Source: Candidatus Woesebacteria bacterium (GTDB lineage Bacteria; Patescibacteriota; Microgenomatia; UBA8517). Taken from it: 64,000 nt of DNA. This document shows positions 48,062 to 57,673 of this stretch, one piece after another (position 1 is the stretch's first letter; each line of letters opens with the position of its first letter). The position numbers and the translations under genes were made by a program. The DNA lies in contig JAGVAE010000003.1 in assembly GCA_020060565.1 (NCBI GenBank), positions 20,072 to 84,071 on the forward strand, in the 5' to 3' direction. Under the pieces are notes generated by a model. That model was not told the DNA's origin. It did not search any database and saw nothing but the letters and a program-made list of their open reading frames with translations.

Positions 48062-48687
48062 CAGATAAAGGATCAGAATTTAAATATGAAGCAGCAACTT
48101 TAGCAAATCTTCATCTTGGAGAAGCAAAAGTAAGTATGGATGATGAAATTGTAAAAGATAGAGGAAAGAGAGTTTTGGGTACAGACAGAGGTGCTTTTAC
48201 TTTGAGAACTTACGAAGTTGCGCAAGAGTCAATGGTTGATAAGCTGACAGGATTACTAAACAGAAAGGGTTACGAACACGAAATGAATAAATTTTATGAT
48301 TACTATAAACGTACTAGAGGGAGTTTTTGGATAGCCATGCTAGATTTAGATAATTTTAAAGGAATTAATGACACAAAGGGACATGTTTATGGAGATAATG
48401 TATTAAAAAGTTTTGGCAGATCAATTCAAGAGAGATTTAGAAAAGGTGATATATGTGGGAGATATGGTGGTGATGAAGCAATAATTATGTTGACCACAGG
48501 ATTACTCAATCCTGAAGATATTGACTTGGAAGAGAAAGACATTTCAGATCAACTTGCAAACAAAATTGGGACTGGGGTTAGTATAGGAATAGTTAAATGG
48601 GACGGTAGATCAACATTGGAAGATACTATCCAACAAGCAGATAATAAACTTTATCAAAATAAGAAGATGAGAAAAATCCAGGAATAA
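48058..48687 (+). CDS. Stand-alone GGDEF domain protein
   Basis: DKLTGLLNR, DLDNFKGINDTKGH..GD, RKGD I-site, RYGGDEA, SIG, ADNKLY. Confidence 0.88.
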   Translation: MTDKGSEFKYEAATLANLHLGEAKVSMDDEIVKDRGKRVLGTDRGAFTLRTYEVAQESMVDKLTGLLNRKGYEHEMNKFYDYYKRTRGSFWIAMLDLDNFKGINDTKGHVYGDNVLKSFGRSIQERFRKGDICGRYGGDEAIIMLTTGLLNPEDIDLEEKDISDQLANKIGTGVSIGIVKWDGRSTLEDTIQQADNKLYQNKKMRKIQE

Positions 48688-51600
48688 TGTCTAAATTTGT
48701 CCACCTTCATGTTCACACAGAATATTCCCTTCTTGATGGACTAAGTAATATAAAGAAGCTTTTTGCTCATGTTAAAGAACAAGGAATGGATGCAGTTGCC
48801 ATCACAGATCATGGAGTCATGTATGGAGAAATTGAATTCTATAAAGAAGGTCTAAAACAAGGCATAAAGCCTATACTTGGGATGGAGGGTTATATTACTT
48901 CAGGAGACCTTCATGATCGTCCTGAGCGTACCACACTTCAGAATTATCATCTTTTAATCTTGGCGAAAAATATAGAAGGTTATAATAATTTAATGAAACT
49001 TTCCTCAATTGCACACCTGGAAGGTTTTTACTACCGTCCACGCTTTGATAGGGAAACTCTTAAAAAATATTCTAAAGGTTTGATTGTTACCTCTGCTTGT
49101 CCTGCTGGTGAAGTTGGACAAAGTTTAATAAATGATAACTACAAAGAAGCTAAAAAAATAGTTGAGTGGTATCAAGATGTTTTTAAGGATGACTATTATC
49201 TTGAAATGCAGCGTCACGAGTCAGAAAAATGGATAGATAAAGCAGCCACAACGGAGTTAAAAAACTTAGTTTCAGAGCTTTCTGTCAATGAAAACAAATG
49301 GAATGAAGGTATACTTAAACTCTCGCGTGAATTAGGTGTACCAATAGTGGCTACAAACGATGCTCATTATATTAAACAGGAAGACGCCTTAGCTCAAGAT
49401 GCCCTAGTTTGTGTAGCAACAGGCAAAAACATGAGTGAAACCAAAAGGATGAGATACATTGATACACAAACTTATTATGTTAGAAGTCCAAAAGAAATGG
49501 AGCTTCTTTTTTCAGATCTTCCAGATGCTCTAGAAAACACGGTCAAAATTGCAGATAAATGTAATTTAGAGATTAAACTTGGAGTTTGGAGTTTTCCAAA
49601 ATTTCCACTTCCTAGGGGGGTAAGCGCAGATAAACATTTAAGAAATCTTTCACATAAAGCTTTAAAAGAAAAAATTCCAAATGCTGATAAAGAAGCTGAA
49701 ACCCGTCTTGAACATGAACTTGGAATTATTTGTCAGAAAGGTTACTCACCATATTTCTTAATTGTAAGAGATCTTGCAAACTGGGCCATTTCTCAAGGAA
49801 TAGTAACTAATACTAGAGGTTCTGCAGCAGGAAGTTTAGTCTCATACGTTTTAGGAATTACAACAGTTAATCCACTAACATATTATCTTCCCTTTGAAAG
49901 ATTTCTAAACCCGTACCGTCCCAGCCCTCCAGATATCGATTTTGATGTTGCGGACGATAGACGTGATGAGATTATTGCCTACATTACAAACAAATACGGT
50001 AAAGAAAAAGTAGCACAAATCTGTACTTTTGGAAGAATGTTGTCTCGGGCCGCAGTTAGAGATGTAGCTCGTGTTTTGGGTTACCCATATAATGTAGGAG
50101 ATAGAATAGCCAAAATAATTCCCCCTCCAAAACAAGGGTTCCCAATAACAATAGGTAAAGCCATGGAAGAAGTCCCCGATCTTAAAAGTTTATACAATAG
50201 TGATCCTGATACTAAAAAGGTATTAGATCTGGCTATGCAGGTTGAAGGCTCGGCTCGTCATGTTTCGGTCCACGCAGCAGGATTAGTGGTTGCCCCAACT
50301 GATGTTACAGATTTTGCTCCGATTCAAAAAGAGCCATCTGGAGAAAAAATAATTACTCAATACGAATTTCACACGTGCGAAGAAGTGGGACTTATCAAAT
50401 TTGACATACTAGGAATTCGCAACTTATCTATCCTTGGAGCTGCTATTGATATTGTTGAGGAAAGTGAAGATTTTAGCAGTATTAGGATTGATCTTCACAA
50501 GATTCCACTTGACGATAGAAAGACTTTTGAAATGTTGGCCAAGGGGGAAACCATGGGAGTATTTCAATTCGCGGGTGGTGGCATGACCAAGTACTTAAAA
50601 GAACTTAAACCCAATAGAGTTGAAGACCTCATGGCTATGGTTGCACTCTATCGTCCTGGCCCCATTGCAGTTATTCCTGAATATATTAAAAGAAAGAATA
50701 ATCCAAAACTTGTTAAATATTTGGATCCAAGAATGGAGAGATTTTTAAAAGCCAGTTATGGTCTTATTGTCTATCAAGACGATCTCCTTTTCTGTGCATT
50801 AGATCTAGCAGGTTATACATGGGAAGAAGCAGATAAGTTTAGGAAAGCTGTGGGAAAGAAAATTCCTGAGGAAATGGCAGCCCAGAAAGATAAATTTGTA
50901 AAAGGAATCATCGATAATGGACAAACTGAAAAATTTGCAGAGGAACTTTGGAAACTATTTGAACCGTTCCAATCCTACGGATTTAATAAAGCTCATGCGG
51001 CCTCATATGGGATAGTTGCATATTATACAGCTTATATGAAAGCTAATTACCCTGTGGAATACATGACCGCTCTTTTGACTGCAGAAAGTGGAGATACAGA
51101 GAAAGTTTCAGCAGCTATAAATGAATGTAGACGCATGGGTATTAAGGTTCTTCCTCCAGACATAAACGAAAGTGATACAGGTTTTACTATCATTAAAGAT
51201 AAAGACTCTATAAACAGTAAAGCTATTCGTTTTGGTTTTTCGGCTGTTAAAAATGTAGGGGGGGTTGCAATCGAAATAATACTTGAGGCAAGAAAAACGG
51301 GAAAATTTGAATCATTTTCCGATTTTGTAGGCAGGGTCGATGCACGAAAGGTAAACAAAAAGGTATTAGAAAGTCTAATTAAAGTAGGTGCACTTTCCAA
51401 ATATGGATGTCGTGCAGCACTTCTTGCTTCAATGGATAAAATTAGAGAAAAAATGGTCAAACCCAAAGGGGATGATAACCAACCCGGTTTATTTGCAGTC
51501 ACTGAGATAAAAAATGCGGGGCCAACTGAGGTGGTTACCATTGAAAGTATTCAAGAGTTTACAGAGGATGAACTTCAGAACCTTGAACGTCAACTATTGG

Positions 51601-52175
51601 GTTTTTCTCTTTCTGCAAAGCCAATAAGTGAAGTGATTGGGCCTCTGGAATTTCAATCAACACATAAGATATTTGAAATATCAGCAGATGAGACATATAC
51701 AGATTTAGTTAAAGTTGCGGGAGTCTTAACTGAGGTCAGAGTTATAACGACAAAAAAAACAGGAGCTGAGATGGCATTTGCAAAGGCTGAGGATGGAACT
51801 GGAATTCTAGAACTTGTGGTTTTTCCAAAGATTTTTAAAAACACAAGGGACTTTTGGGTTTCAGGCCAACCCTTACTAATCACGGGAAGAGTTGATGTTC
51901 GAGACGAGTCGCCAAATCTTCTTGTAGAGGCTATCGAAACTATGACTAGTCTCAGTGAAAAGAAAGAACGTGAGGTTTACATAAAAATTCCAAAAACTGT
52001 AGATACAAATACTTTAAAGAAGTTAAAAGAGCTTTTAACTTCGAATATGGGAGATCAAATTGCATATCTTCAATTTGAAGGAGGCAAGAGAGTAAAATTA
52101 TCCTTCAAAATAGCTTGGAATGAGTCTTTAGCCAAAGCCATTGCTGAGTGCCTGGAGATGCGATATAATAACTGA
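48687..52175 (+). CDS. dnaE: DNA polymerase III alpha subunit
   Basis: HLHVHTEYSLLDG, RGSAAGS, PDIDFD, HAAG, KFDILG, YGFNKAH, OB fold. Confidence 0.97.
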   Translation: MSKFVHLHVHTEYSLLDGLSNIKKLFAHVKEQGMDAVAITDHGVMYGEIEFYKEGLKQGIKPILGMEGYITSGDLHDRPERTTLQNYHLLILAKNIEGYNNLMKLSSIAHLEGFYYRPRFDRETLKKYSKGLIVTSACPAGEVGQSLINDNYKEAKKIVEWYQDVFKDDYYLEMQRHESEKWIDKAATTELKNLVSELSVNENKWNEGILKLSRELGVPIVATNDAHYIKQEDALAQDALVCVATGKNMSETKRMRYIDTQTYYVRSPKEMELLFSDLPDALENTVKIADKCNLEIKLGVWSFPKFPLPRGVSADKHLRNLSHKALKEKIPNADKEAETRLEHELGIICQKGYSPYFLIVRDLANWAISQGIVTNTRGSAAGSLVSYVLGITTVNPLTYYLPFERFLNPYRPSPPDIDFDVADDRRDEIIAYITNKYGKEKVAQICTFGRMLSRAAVRDVARVLGYPYNVGDRIAKIIPPPKQGFPITIGKAMEEVPDLKSLYNSDPDTKKVLDLAMQVEGSARHVSVHAAGLVVAPTDVTDFAPIQKEPSGEKIITQYEFHTCEEVGLIKFDILGIRNLSILGAAIDIVEESEDFSSIRIDLHKIPLDDRKTFEMLAKGETMGVFQFAGGGMTKYLKELKPNRVEDLMAMVALYRPGPIAVIPEYIKRKNNPKLVKYLDPRMERFLKASYGLIVYQDDLLFCALDLAGYTWEEADKFRKAVGKKIPEEMAAQKDKFVKGIIDNGQTEKFAEELWKLFEPFQSYGFNKAHAASYGIVAYYTAYMKANYPVEYMTALLTAESGDTEKVSAAINECRRMGIKVLPPDINESDTGFTIIKDKDSINSKAIRFGFSAVKNVGGVAIEIILEARKTGKFESFSDFVGRVDARKVNKKVLESLIKVGALSKYGCRAALLASMDKIREKMVKPKGDDNQPGLFAVTEIKNAGPTEVVTIESIQEFTEDELQNLERQLLGFSLSAKPISEVIGPLEFQSTHKIFEISADETYTDLVKVAGVLTEVRVITTKKTGAEMAFAKAEDGTGILELVVFPKIFKNTRDFWVSGQPLLITGRVDVRDESPNLLVEAIETMTSLSEKKEREVYIKIPKTVDTNTLKKLKELLTSNMGDQIAYLQFEGGKRVKLSFKIAWNESLAKAIAECLEMRYNN

Positions 52176-52177
52176 CT

Positions 52178-52564
52178 ATGGCACTAACAATTACATTTAA
52201 AGATGTTGAATTTGGTGTAGGAGACAAAGTGTGTGTCGTTCAAAAAATTAAGGATGGAGAAAAATTCCGTGAAGCATTTTTTGAGGGCATGGTCCTAAAA
52301 ATCAAAGGAAGAGCTCCGGGAAAAACCATAACTGTAAGAAAGATCGGAGAAGCTGGAATAGGAATAGAACGCATTTTTCCTCTAGAACTTCCTTCATTAG
52401 ATAGGATAATTGTGGTTAAAAATGGAGTAGAAGGAGTTAGGCGTGCCAAGCTTTACTACACCAGAACAAAGTCTCCAACCGAGGTAGAAATGATCTTTAA
52501 AAGGGCTGCCAAAAGAAATGCCGCCAAAACTTCTACTGTCAAGAAACGCTCTTCAAAAAAATAA
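52178..52564 (+). CDS. rplS: 50S ribosomal protein L19
   Basis: GDKV, FEGMV, TVRK, GIERIFP, VRRAKLYY. Confidence 0.95.
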   Translation: MALTITFKDVEFGVGDKVCVVQKIKDGEKFREAFFEGMVLKIKGRAPGKTITVRKIGEAGIGIERIFPLELPSLDRIIVVKNGVEGVRRAKLYYTRTKSPTEVEMIFKRAAKRNAAKTSTVKKRSSKK

Positions 52565-52608
52565 ATAACTAATATATAGTTAATAGTGATGGTAAGGAGG
52601 TGATAATT

Positions 52609-52860
52609 ATGATGTATGGAAATTTAATGAATGCTAGTGCTTTAGGAAATGGAATATTTGGAGCTTGGATGGGAATCTTTTTTGTTCCCTTAATGATTTG
52701 GAGTGTTTGTTGGAAAGGATGGGCACTTTGGAAAGCTGCTCATGCTGAAAGTAAAGTCTGGTTTATAATTCTACTTTTGGTTAACACCATAGGAATACTG
52801 GACATTCTTTACATATTTGTTTTAAGTAAAGGAAAGTCAGCTCCAAAGAAAAAGAAATAA
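52609..52860 (+). CDS. Small membrane protein (DUF5652-like)
   Basis: WS..WKGWALWKAA, WFIILLLVNTIGIL; SD AAGGAGGTGA before ATG 52609. Confidence 0.75.
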   Translation: MMYGNLMNASALGNGIFGAWMGIFFVPLMIWSVCWKGWALWKAAHAESKVWFIILLLVNTIGILDILYIFVLSKGKSAPKKKK

Positions 52861-52875
52861 GGTTATAATTAGTTG

Positions 52876-53394
52876 ATGCTTATTTTAGGGATTGATCCTG
52901 GTACTGCCACAACAGGTTATGGTGTGGTACGGCTTAATGGCAAGGGTAATGAAGTAGTTACCTGGGGGCTTATTGAAACAAGTAAAACTCTTCTCAAAGA
53001 AAAAAGATTAGATTTCATATTTGAAGAAACTCTAAATCTTCTTAAAATTCACAAGCCTGATGTTTTTGTGTTTGAAAAAGTATTTTTTTCTAATAATGCA
53101 AAAACTGTAATTGCTGTGGGTCAAGCTCAGGGTGCTATTCTTCTTGCAGCAAGTAAAACACATACACATGTTGAAGAATATGCCCCAGGAACAATTAAGA
53201 AAATGATTACGGGTAATGGGCGTGCCAACAAAAAAGAGGTACAGGAACATATAAGAAAGATTTTAGGTAGTCGCGTTAAAAGTGCAAAACATAAAAAAAC
53301 ACATTTTGATAATGCTGCAGATGCTCTTGCAATTGCCTTGACACATGCATTTAAAATAGGTGAAGGTAAAAAGGGGGTGATAAAAGTTGTTTAA
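52876..53394 (+). CDS. ruvC: Holliday junction resolvase RuvC
   Basis: ILGIDPG, GYG, EKVFF, GNGRANK, DAADAL-like; TATAAT 6 nt before ATG 52876. Confidence 0.93.
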   Translation: MLILGIDPGTATTGYGVVRLNGKGNEVVTWGLIETSKTLLKEKRLDFIFEETLNLLKIHKPDVFVFEKVFFSNNAKTVIAVGQAQGAILLAASKTHTHVEEYAPGTIKKMITGNGRANKKEVQEHIRKILGSRVKSAKHKKTHFDNAADALAIALTHAFKIGEGKKGVIKVV

Positions 53395-53632
53395 AATAGG
53401 TACAGTTACCCACTATTACGATAAAATTGGCGTAGCCATAATTGAACTTACCAGCACTCTTTCAGTTGGAGACAAAATAAAATTTGTTAGAAATGGAGAA
53501 GATTTATTTTCCGAAATTGTAGAATCTATTCAGGTTGAACACAAAAAACTAGATTCCGCTTCTAGCGGAGATGTGATAGGATTAAAAACTAATGAAGCGG
53601 TTAAAACTGGGGCGGAAGTCTTTAAAGAGTAA
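53387..53632 (+). CDS. Small beta-barrel protein (EF-Tu domain II / peptidase U32 C-terminal-like)
   Basis: IGTVTHYYDKIGVA, LSVGDKI, VESIQ, GDVIGLK; SD AAGGGGGTGA before GTG. Confidence 0.75.
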   Translation: MFKIGTVTHYYDKIGVAIIELTSTLSVGDKIKFVRNGEDLFSEIVESIQVEHKKLDSASSGDVIGLKTNEAVKTGAEVFKE

Positions 53633-54029
53633 ATCCCGATCAAATATCGGTGTAAATTGGGACGAAGCTCCTGATATTGCAAAAAGATCTCTTAAATTAA
53701 TAACAGATCTTAAAATGGATTGGATTTTATTTGACAGATTATTCTTCTATAGATCAAACTACAGTAAGGCACGCGCATATGCCAGAACTTGGGGACTTCC
53801 AGCCCTTTGGCAAAGATCCCTTAACGTTGAACCAGGATATATTATTGAAGTTTTAGCAGAACATTTTGATAAATTAAACCAAAGAGAACAAGATAAAGTA
53901 ATTCTTCACGAGCTAACCCACATTCCCCATAACTTTTCAGGTGCACTAGTCCCTCATACACACAGAAAAAAGGGAAGTTTTCGTGATAAACTCAGACAAT
54001 TATATGAAGATTATCGTACTTCACGGTGA
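53592..54029 (+). CDS. Putative metallopeptidase (HExxH)
   Basis: AYARTWG, YIIEV, KVILHELTHIP. Confidence 0.7.
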   Translation: MKRLKLGRKSLKSKSRSNIGVNWDEAPDIAKRSLKLITDLKMDWILFDRLFFYRSNYSKARAYARTWGLPALWQRSLNVEPGYIIEVLAEHFDKLNQREQDKVILHELTHIPHNFSGALVPHTHRKKGSFRDKLRQLYEDYRTSR

Positions 54030-54642
54030 TGATACTGTAAAAAGCTATGAACGCTTAATGAAGTTTGTGGCAACGGCAAAAAAAAGATCCTGGGATATCA
54101 TATATGATAGTTTTCCCAATACCCCCTCTCTTTTTGGCACTGAAAGACTAATAATTTATAGAGATTATACACTTTTAAGCAAAAATGATATAAAAAACTT
54201 TGATAGATTTGATGGAACCTTAGTTGTTTATCACACCGCGCCCCTTCCTCAAACATTTATAAAACTCATGCCAGCTGACTTTAAAATGGAAAAGTTTGAG
54301 ATGTCTCGCATCCTTTTTTCCTTTCTTGAATCTTTTTATCCAGGAAATCAAATAAAAACAATCAAACTTCTTCACGATTTAACCAAAACGCAACCAATTG
54401 AATTAACCTTCTTCATGTTGGCACGACATTTAAAAGATTTGTATGTAGCCTCCATTGATCCAAAAACAAATCAATACCCCACCTGGCGCCTCTCAAAACT
54501 AAAATCACAATCGGACAAGTTCGGAATAGAAAAACTTAAGCAAATAATCAGTAATCTAAGCGATATTGATATTGAGGTTAAAACAAGTAAAGCTGATTTA
54601 TTAACAGAGCTTGACCTCCTCATGGTCAAACAATTAGAATGA
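54004..54642 (+). CDS. holA: Reduced DNA polymerase III delta (HolA)-like protein
   Basis: IIVLHGDD, TPSLFG, WRLSKLKSQ, DIEVKTS, LDLL. Confidence 0.65.
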   Translation: MKIIVLHGDDTVKSYERLMKFVATAKKRSWDIIYDSFPNTPSLFGTERLIIYRDYTLLSKNDIKNFDRFDGTLVVYHTAPLPQTFIKLMPADFKMEKFEMSRILFSFLESFYPGNQIKTIKLLHDLTKTQPIELTFFMLARHLKDLYVASIDPKTNQYPTWRLSKLKSQSDKFGIEKLKQIISNLSDIDIEVKTSKADLLTELDLLMVKQLE

Positions 54643-54659
54643 AAACATAAAACACACAA

Positions 54660-56033
54660 ATGGTAATCGACCCTACAATTTTTAGAGACTATGATATTCG
54701 AGCTGTTGCCAATGAACAATTAGATGTTGAGGGTGTAAAAAGAATAGCAGAAGCTATTGTAAAATTCTTCAAACCCAAAAGTATTCAAGTGGGACGTGAT
54801 ATGCGTATAACGTCGCCAGTTTTTCAGAAAGCCTTTATTGATACCATGCTTGACTGCGGTGTAAATGTTACAGATTTAGGATTGGTTTCGACTGATATGC
54901 TTTATTTCGCCTCAGGCACTTATCCAGAGGATATGGCGCTCACCCTAAGTGCCTCACATAACCCACCAGAATATAACGGAATGAAAATGGTTAAAAAAGG
55001 GGCTATTGCGATAAGTGGAGACAGTGGAATTTATGACATTAGAGATTTGGCAATAAGTAATGAGGATCTTGACGTTAAAAGTGAGACGAAAGGCGTACTA
55101 ACTTCACGAAACATAATGAATGAATGGATAACACACCTTTTAACATTTGTTGACCTAAATAAAATGAAAGGCTTTAATGTAGTTTCTGATACGGGTAATG
55201 GAATGGCTGGACATTTTATGCCGAGCCTTGAAGAAAAACTTCCATGGAAAGTAACACGTCTTTTTTATGAATTAGATGGTACTTTTCCTAACCATGTTCC
55301 AAGTCCGATTGAGGAAAAAAATCGCTTAGATTGCATAAACAAAGTCAAGGAAACTGGAGCAGATTTTGGAATGGTTTTTGACGGAGATGGTGATAGAGTT
55401 TTTATGATTGATGAAAAAGGTAGAACTCTTGCTGGAACCATAACAACGGCTATGATAGCTGAAAACTTACTCCAGAAAAACCCTGGAGCAACAATTTTGT
55501 ATAACGCAATTGTGGGCAGAATCGTACCAGAAATTGTTGAAAAAAATGGAGGCAAATCAGAAAGAGTAAGAGTTGGGCATACTTTAATTAAAGAAGCTAT
55601 GCGCCGTACCGATGCAGTCTTTTGTGGGGAGCATTCTGGCCATTACTACTTTAAACAAAATTTCTATGCCGATTCGGCAATCATAGCTGCCTTATTGGTT
55701 AGTGAGCTTATGTCAGTTACGAATAAAAAACTTTCTGAGCTTTACGACGAATATGATAAATATAAAGCTTCAAATGAGATTAATTTTGAAGTAACTGATA
55801 AAGATGGCATTATGAACGAGCTTGAGGAAGAATATAAAGCTACAGCAAAGTCGATTGATAGACTAGATGGTATTTCAATTTGGTTTGATGATTGGTGGTT
55901 TAATGTAAGACCTTCAAATACTGAACCCCTTCTTCGTCTAAACATAGAGGCAAATTCAACCCGCGAGGTTGAATTTAAAATCAAAGACTTAGTCGATCGA
56001 ATCGAGGCAATGGGTGGAAAGGAAAAAGTATAA
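54660..56033 (+). CDS. Phosphomannomutase/phosphoglucomutase
   Basis: IFRDYDIR, SASHNP, DGDGDR, GEHSGH, VRPSNTEP. Confidence 0.93.
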   Translation: MVIDPTIFRDYDIRAVANEQLDVEGVKRIAEAIVKFFKPKSIQVGRDMRITSPVFQKAFIDTMLDCGVNVTDLGLVSTDMLYFASGTYPEDMALTLSASHNPPEYNGMKMVKKGAIAISGDSGIYDIRDLAISNEDLDVKSETKGVLTSRNIMNEWITHLLTFVDLNKMKGFNVVSDTGNGMAGHFMPSLEEKLPWKVTRLFYELDGTFPNHVPSPIEEKNRLDCINKVKETGADFGMVFDGDGDRVFMIDEKGRTLAGTITTAMIAENLLQKNPGATILYNAIVGRIVPEIVEKNGGKSERVRVGHTLIKEAMRRTDAVFCGEHSGHYYFKQNFYADSAIIAALLVSELMSVTNKKLSELYDEYDKYKASNEINFEVTDKDGIMNELEEEYKATAKSIDRLDGISIWFDDWWFNVRPSNTEPLLRLNIEANSTREVEFKIKDLVDRIEAMGGKEKV

Positions 56034-56041
56034 GAAATAAT

Positions 56042-57064
56042 ATGAACGAAAATATTGATTCAATGGAAATTGGAAAAGCCCTAACACTTTTTTCGGAACA
56101 AATAAAAACCACGTACGAACAGTCTCTAACTTCAAACATAGAACCCATGGAATTTGATAATGTTGTAATTTCAGGTATGGGTGGAAGCAGCAATGCAGGT
56201 AAAATCATTCAGAGTTTGCTTGAAAAAGATTCTCAAAAACCCATTTTTATTTTTAATGATTATGGACTTCCAGCTTGGGTTAATGAGAAAACTCTTGTTG
56301 TATTAAATTCATATTCGGGAAACACCGAAGAAACTTTTTCCGCATATGAGGCTGTTAAAAATATCGGCTGCAAGGTAATTGGGGTAACAACTGGCGGAAA
56401 AGTTGCTGAAATGATAAATAGTGGTGAAATAAAAGGAGCGATTGTAACAGCAAATGATACAAATCCATCAGGCTATCCAAAATCAGGCTTAGGTCTTTCA
56501 TTTGGAGTGCTTTTTGGAGCTTTAAGTAAAGTTGGTTTGATAAAAATTAGTAAAGACGAACTTTACAGCGCACTGGATGAAGTAATTAAAATTCGAGAAA
56601 CTTGGAATGTAGAGGAAATTGCAAAGTGGTCAGCTGACTGTTTGCCAGTGTTTTTTGCTGCCAGGCCGTTCTTGGGTCCTTTAAATGCTGCACGTAACGG
56701 TTGTTGTGAAATAGGACGCGTTTATACTCAATTTTATGATTTTCCAGAAATGAATCATGTTTTAATAGAAGCATTGGCTCGTCCTGAAACAGCAAAAAAG
56801 AATAAATATATATTTTTTGAAAGCAATTTTGATAATCAAAGAATAAAAATAAGATATGAGATAACAAAAAAGCTAATGGAAGAGCAAGGCTTAACCCACA
56901 TGTCATATAACCTTAAAGGTTCAACATTTTTAGCACAGTCTTTAGAGCTTGCCCATTTTGGTGCTTGGTTGGGATTTCACTATTCAATGATAAGGGGAGA
57001 GGATCCAGGTCCTGAACCTTGGATAATAAAGCTCAAAGAATCACTTTCACAACCAGTGCATTAG
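56042..57064 (+). CDS. Bifunctional phosphoglucose/phosphomannose isomerase-like SIS protein
   Basis: GMGGS, SYSGNTEET, TTGG, FPEMNH. Confidence 0.85.
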   Translation: MNENIDSMEIGKALTLFSEQIKTTYEQSLTSNIEPMEFDNVVISGMGGSSNAGKIIQSLLEKDSQKPIFIFNDYGLPAWVNEKTLVVLNSYSGNTEETFSAYEAVKNIGCKVIGVTTGGKVAEMINSGEIKGAIVTANDTNPSGYPKSGLGLSFGVLFGALSKVGLIKISKDELYSALDEVIKIRETWNVEEIAKWSADCLPVFFAARPFLGPLNAARNGCCEIGRVYTQFYDFPEMNHVLIEALARPETAKKNKYIFFESNFDNQRIKIRYEITKKLMEEQGLTHMSYNLKGSTFLAQSLELAHFGAWLGFHYSMIRGEDPGPEPWIIKLKESLSQPVH

Positions 57065-57083
57065 GAAAAATTAACAAATAATC

Positions 57084-57112
57084 TTGACTATAAAAACTTT
57101 TGATGTTATAAA
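57084..57112 (+). promoter_or_regulatory. Promoter of ORF 57119
   Basis: TTGACT-17 nt-(TG-n)TATAAA, 6 nt before ATG 57119. Confidence 0.6.
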
Positions 57113-57118
57113 GTGGCC

Positions 57119-57580
57119 ATGCATGAAATGGAATCAGAAACACAAACTCCCGAACATTTAATAACAAGTGTTGGAGTTGAAGATGCGGTAATTCGTTTTT
57201 TCGAGGGGATTGATCTTAAGCATAATGGAACATTTTTCATAAAAAATAAAAAAATTAATGTATCTTACGAGGAAAAAAGATTGAGAGTGGAGGCTCGTGT
57301 AGACGGAATTACTATTGCAGTTATACACCGGAATTACAATAGAGGATATTCAGCTTATTTTAGATTGCTGAGTGAAGAAGATACTAACGGAATAAGAGAT
57401 GAAGTAGTCTACAATAGAGGAATATTTGGGGGTGGAACTATAGATTTGTATAGAGGTCCTGGCATTGATTTAAGTCAAAAGGAATTAGCACGAACTCAAG
57501 CTAAGAAATTAGAAATAGCAAAACGTCTAAATATAGAGTTGAACGTTCCCACTTCTTTCAAAACTTATAATTTGAAATAG
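57119..57580 (+). CDS. Hypothetical protein
   Basis: ORF with its own promoter between pgi/pmi and ppsA. Confidence 0.65.
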   Translation: MHEMESETQTPEHLITSVGVEDAVIRFFEGIDLKHNGTFFIKNKKINVSYEEKRLRVEARVDGITIAVIHRNYNRGYSAYFRLLSEEDTNGIRDEVVYNRGIFGGGTIDLYRGPGIDLSQKELARTQAKKLEIAKRLNIELNVPTSFKTYNLK

Positions 57581-57673
57581 AAATATACCCAGGATGTGTA
57601 TTGGTTTGAGCCATGGATACCAAAATTAAAAACATTACTTTCACAACCTATTCACTAAATGGTATAGTTAAGT

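Noticed and set aside
48687-52175. Intein or split in dnaE
   Set aside because: Normal length with contiguous motifs.
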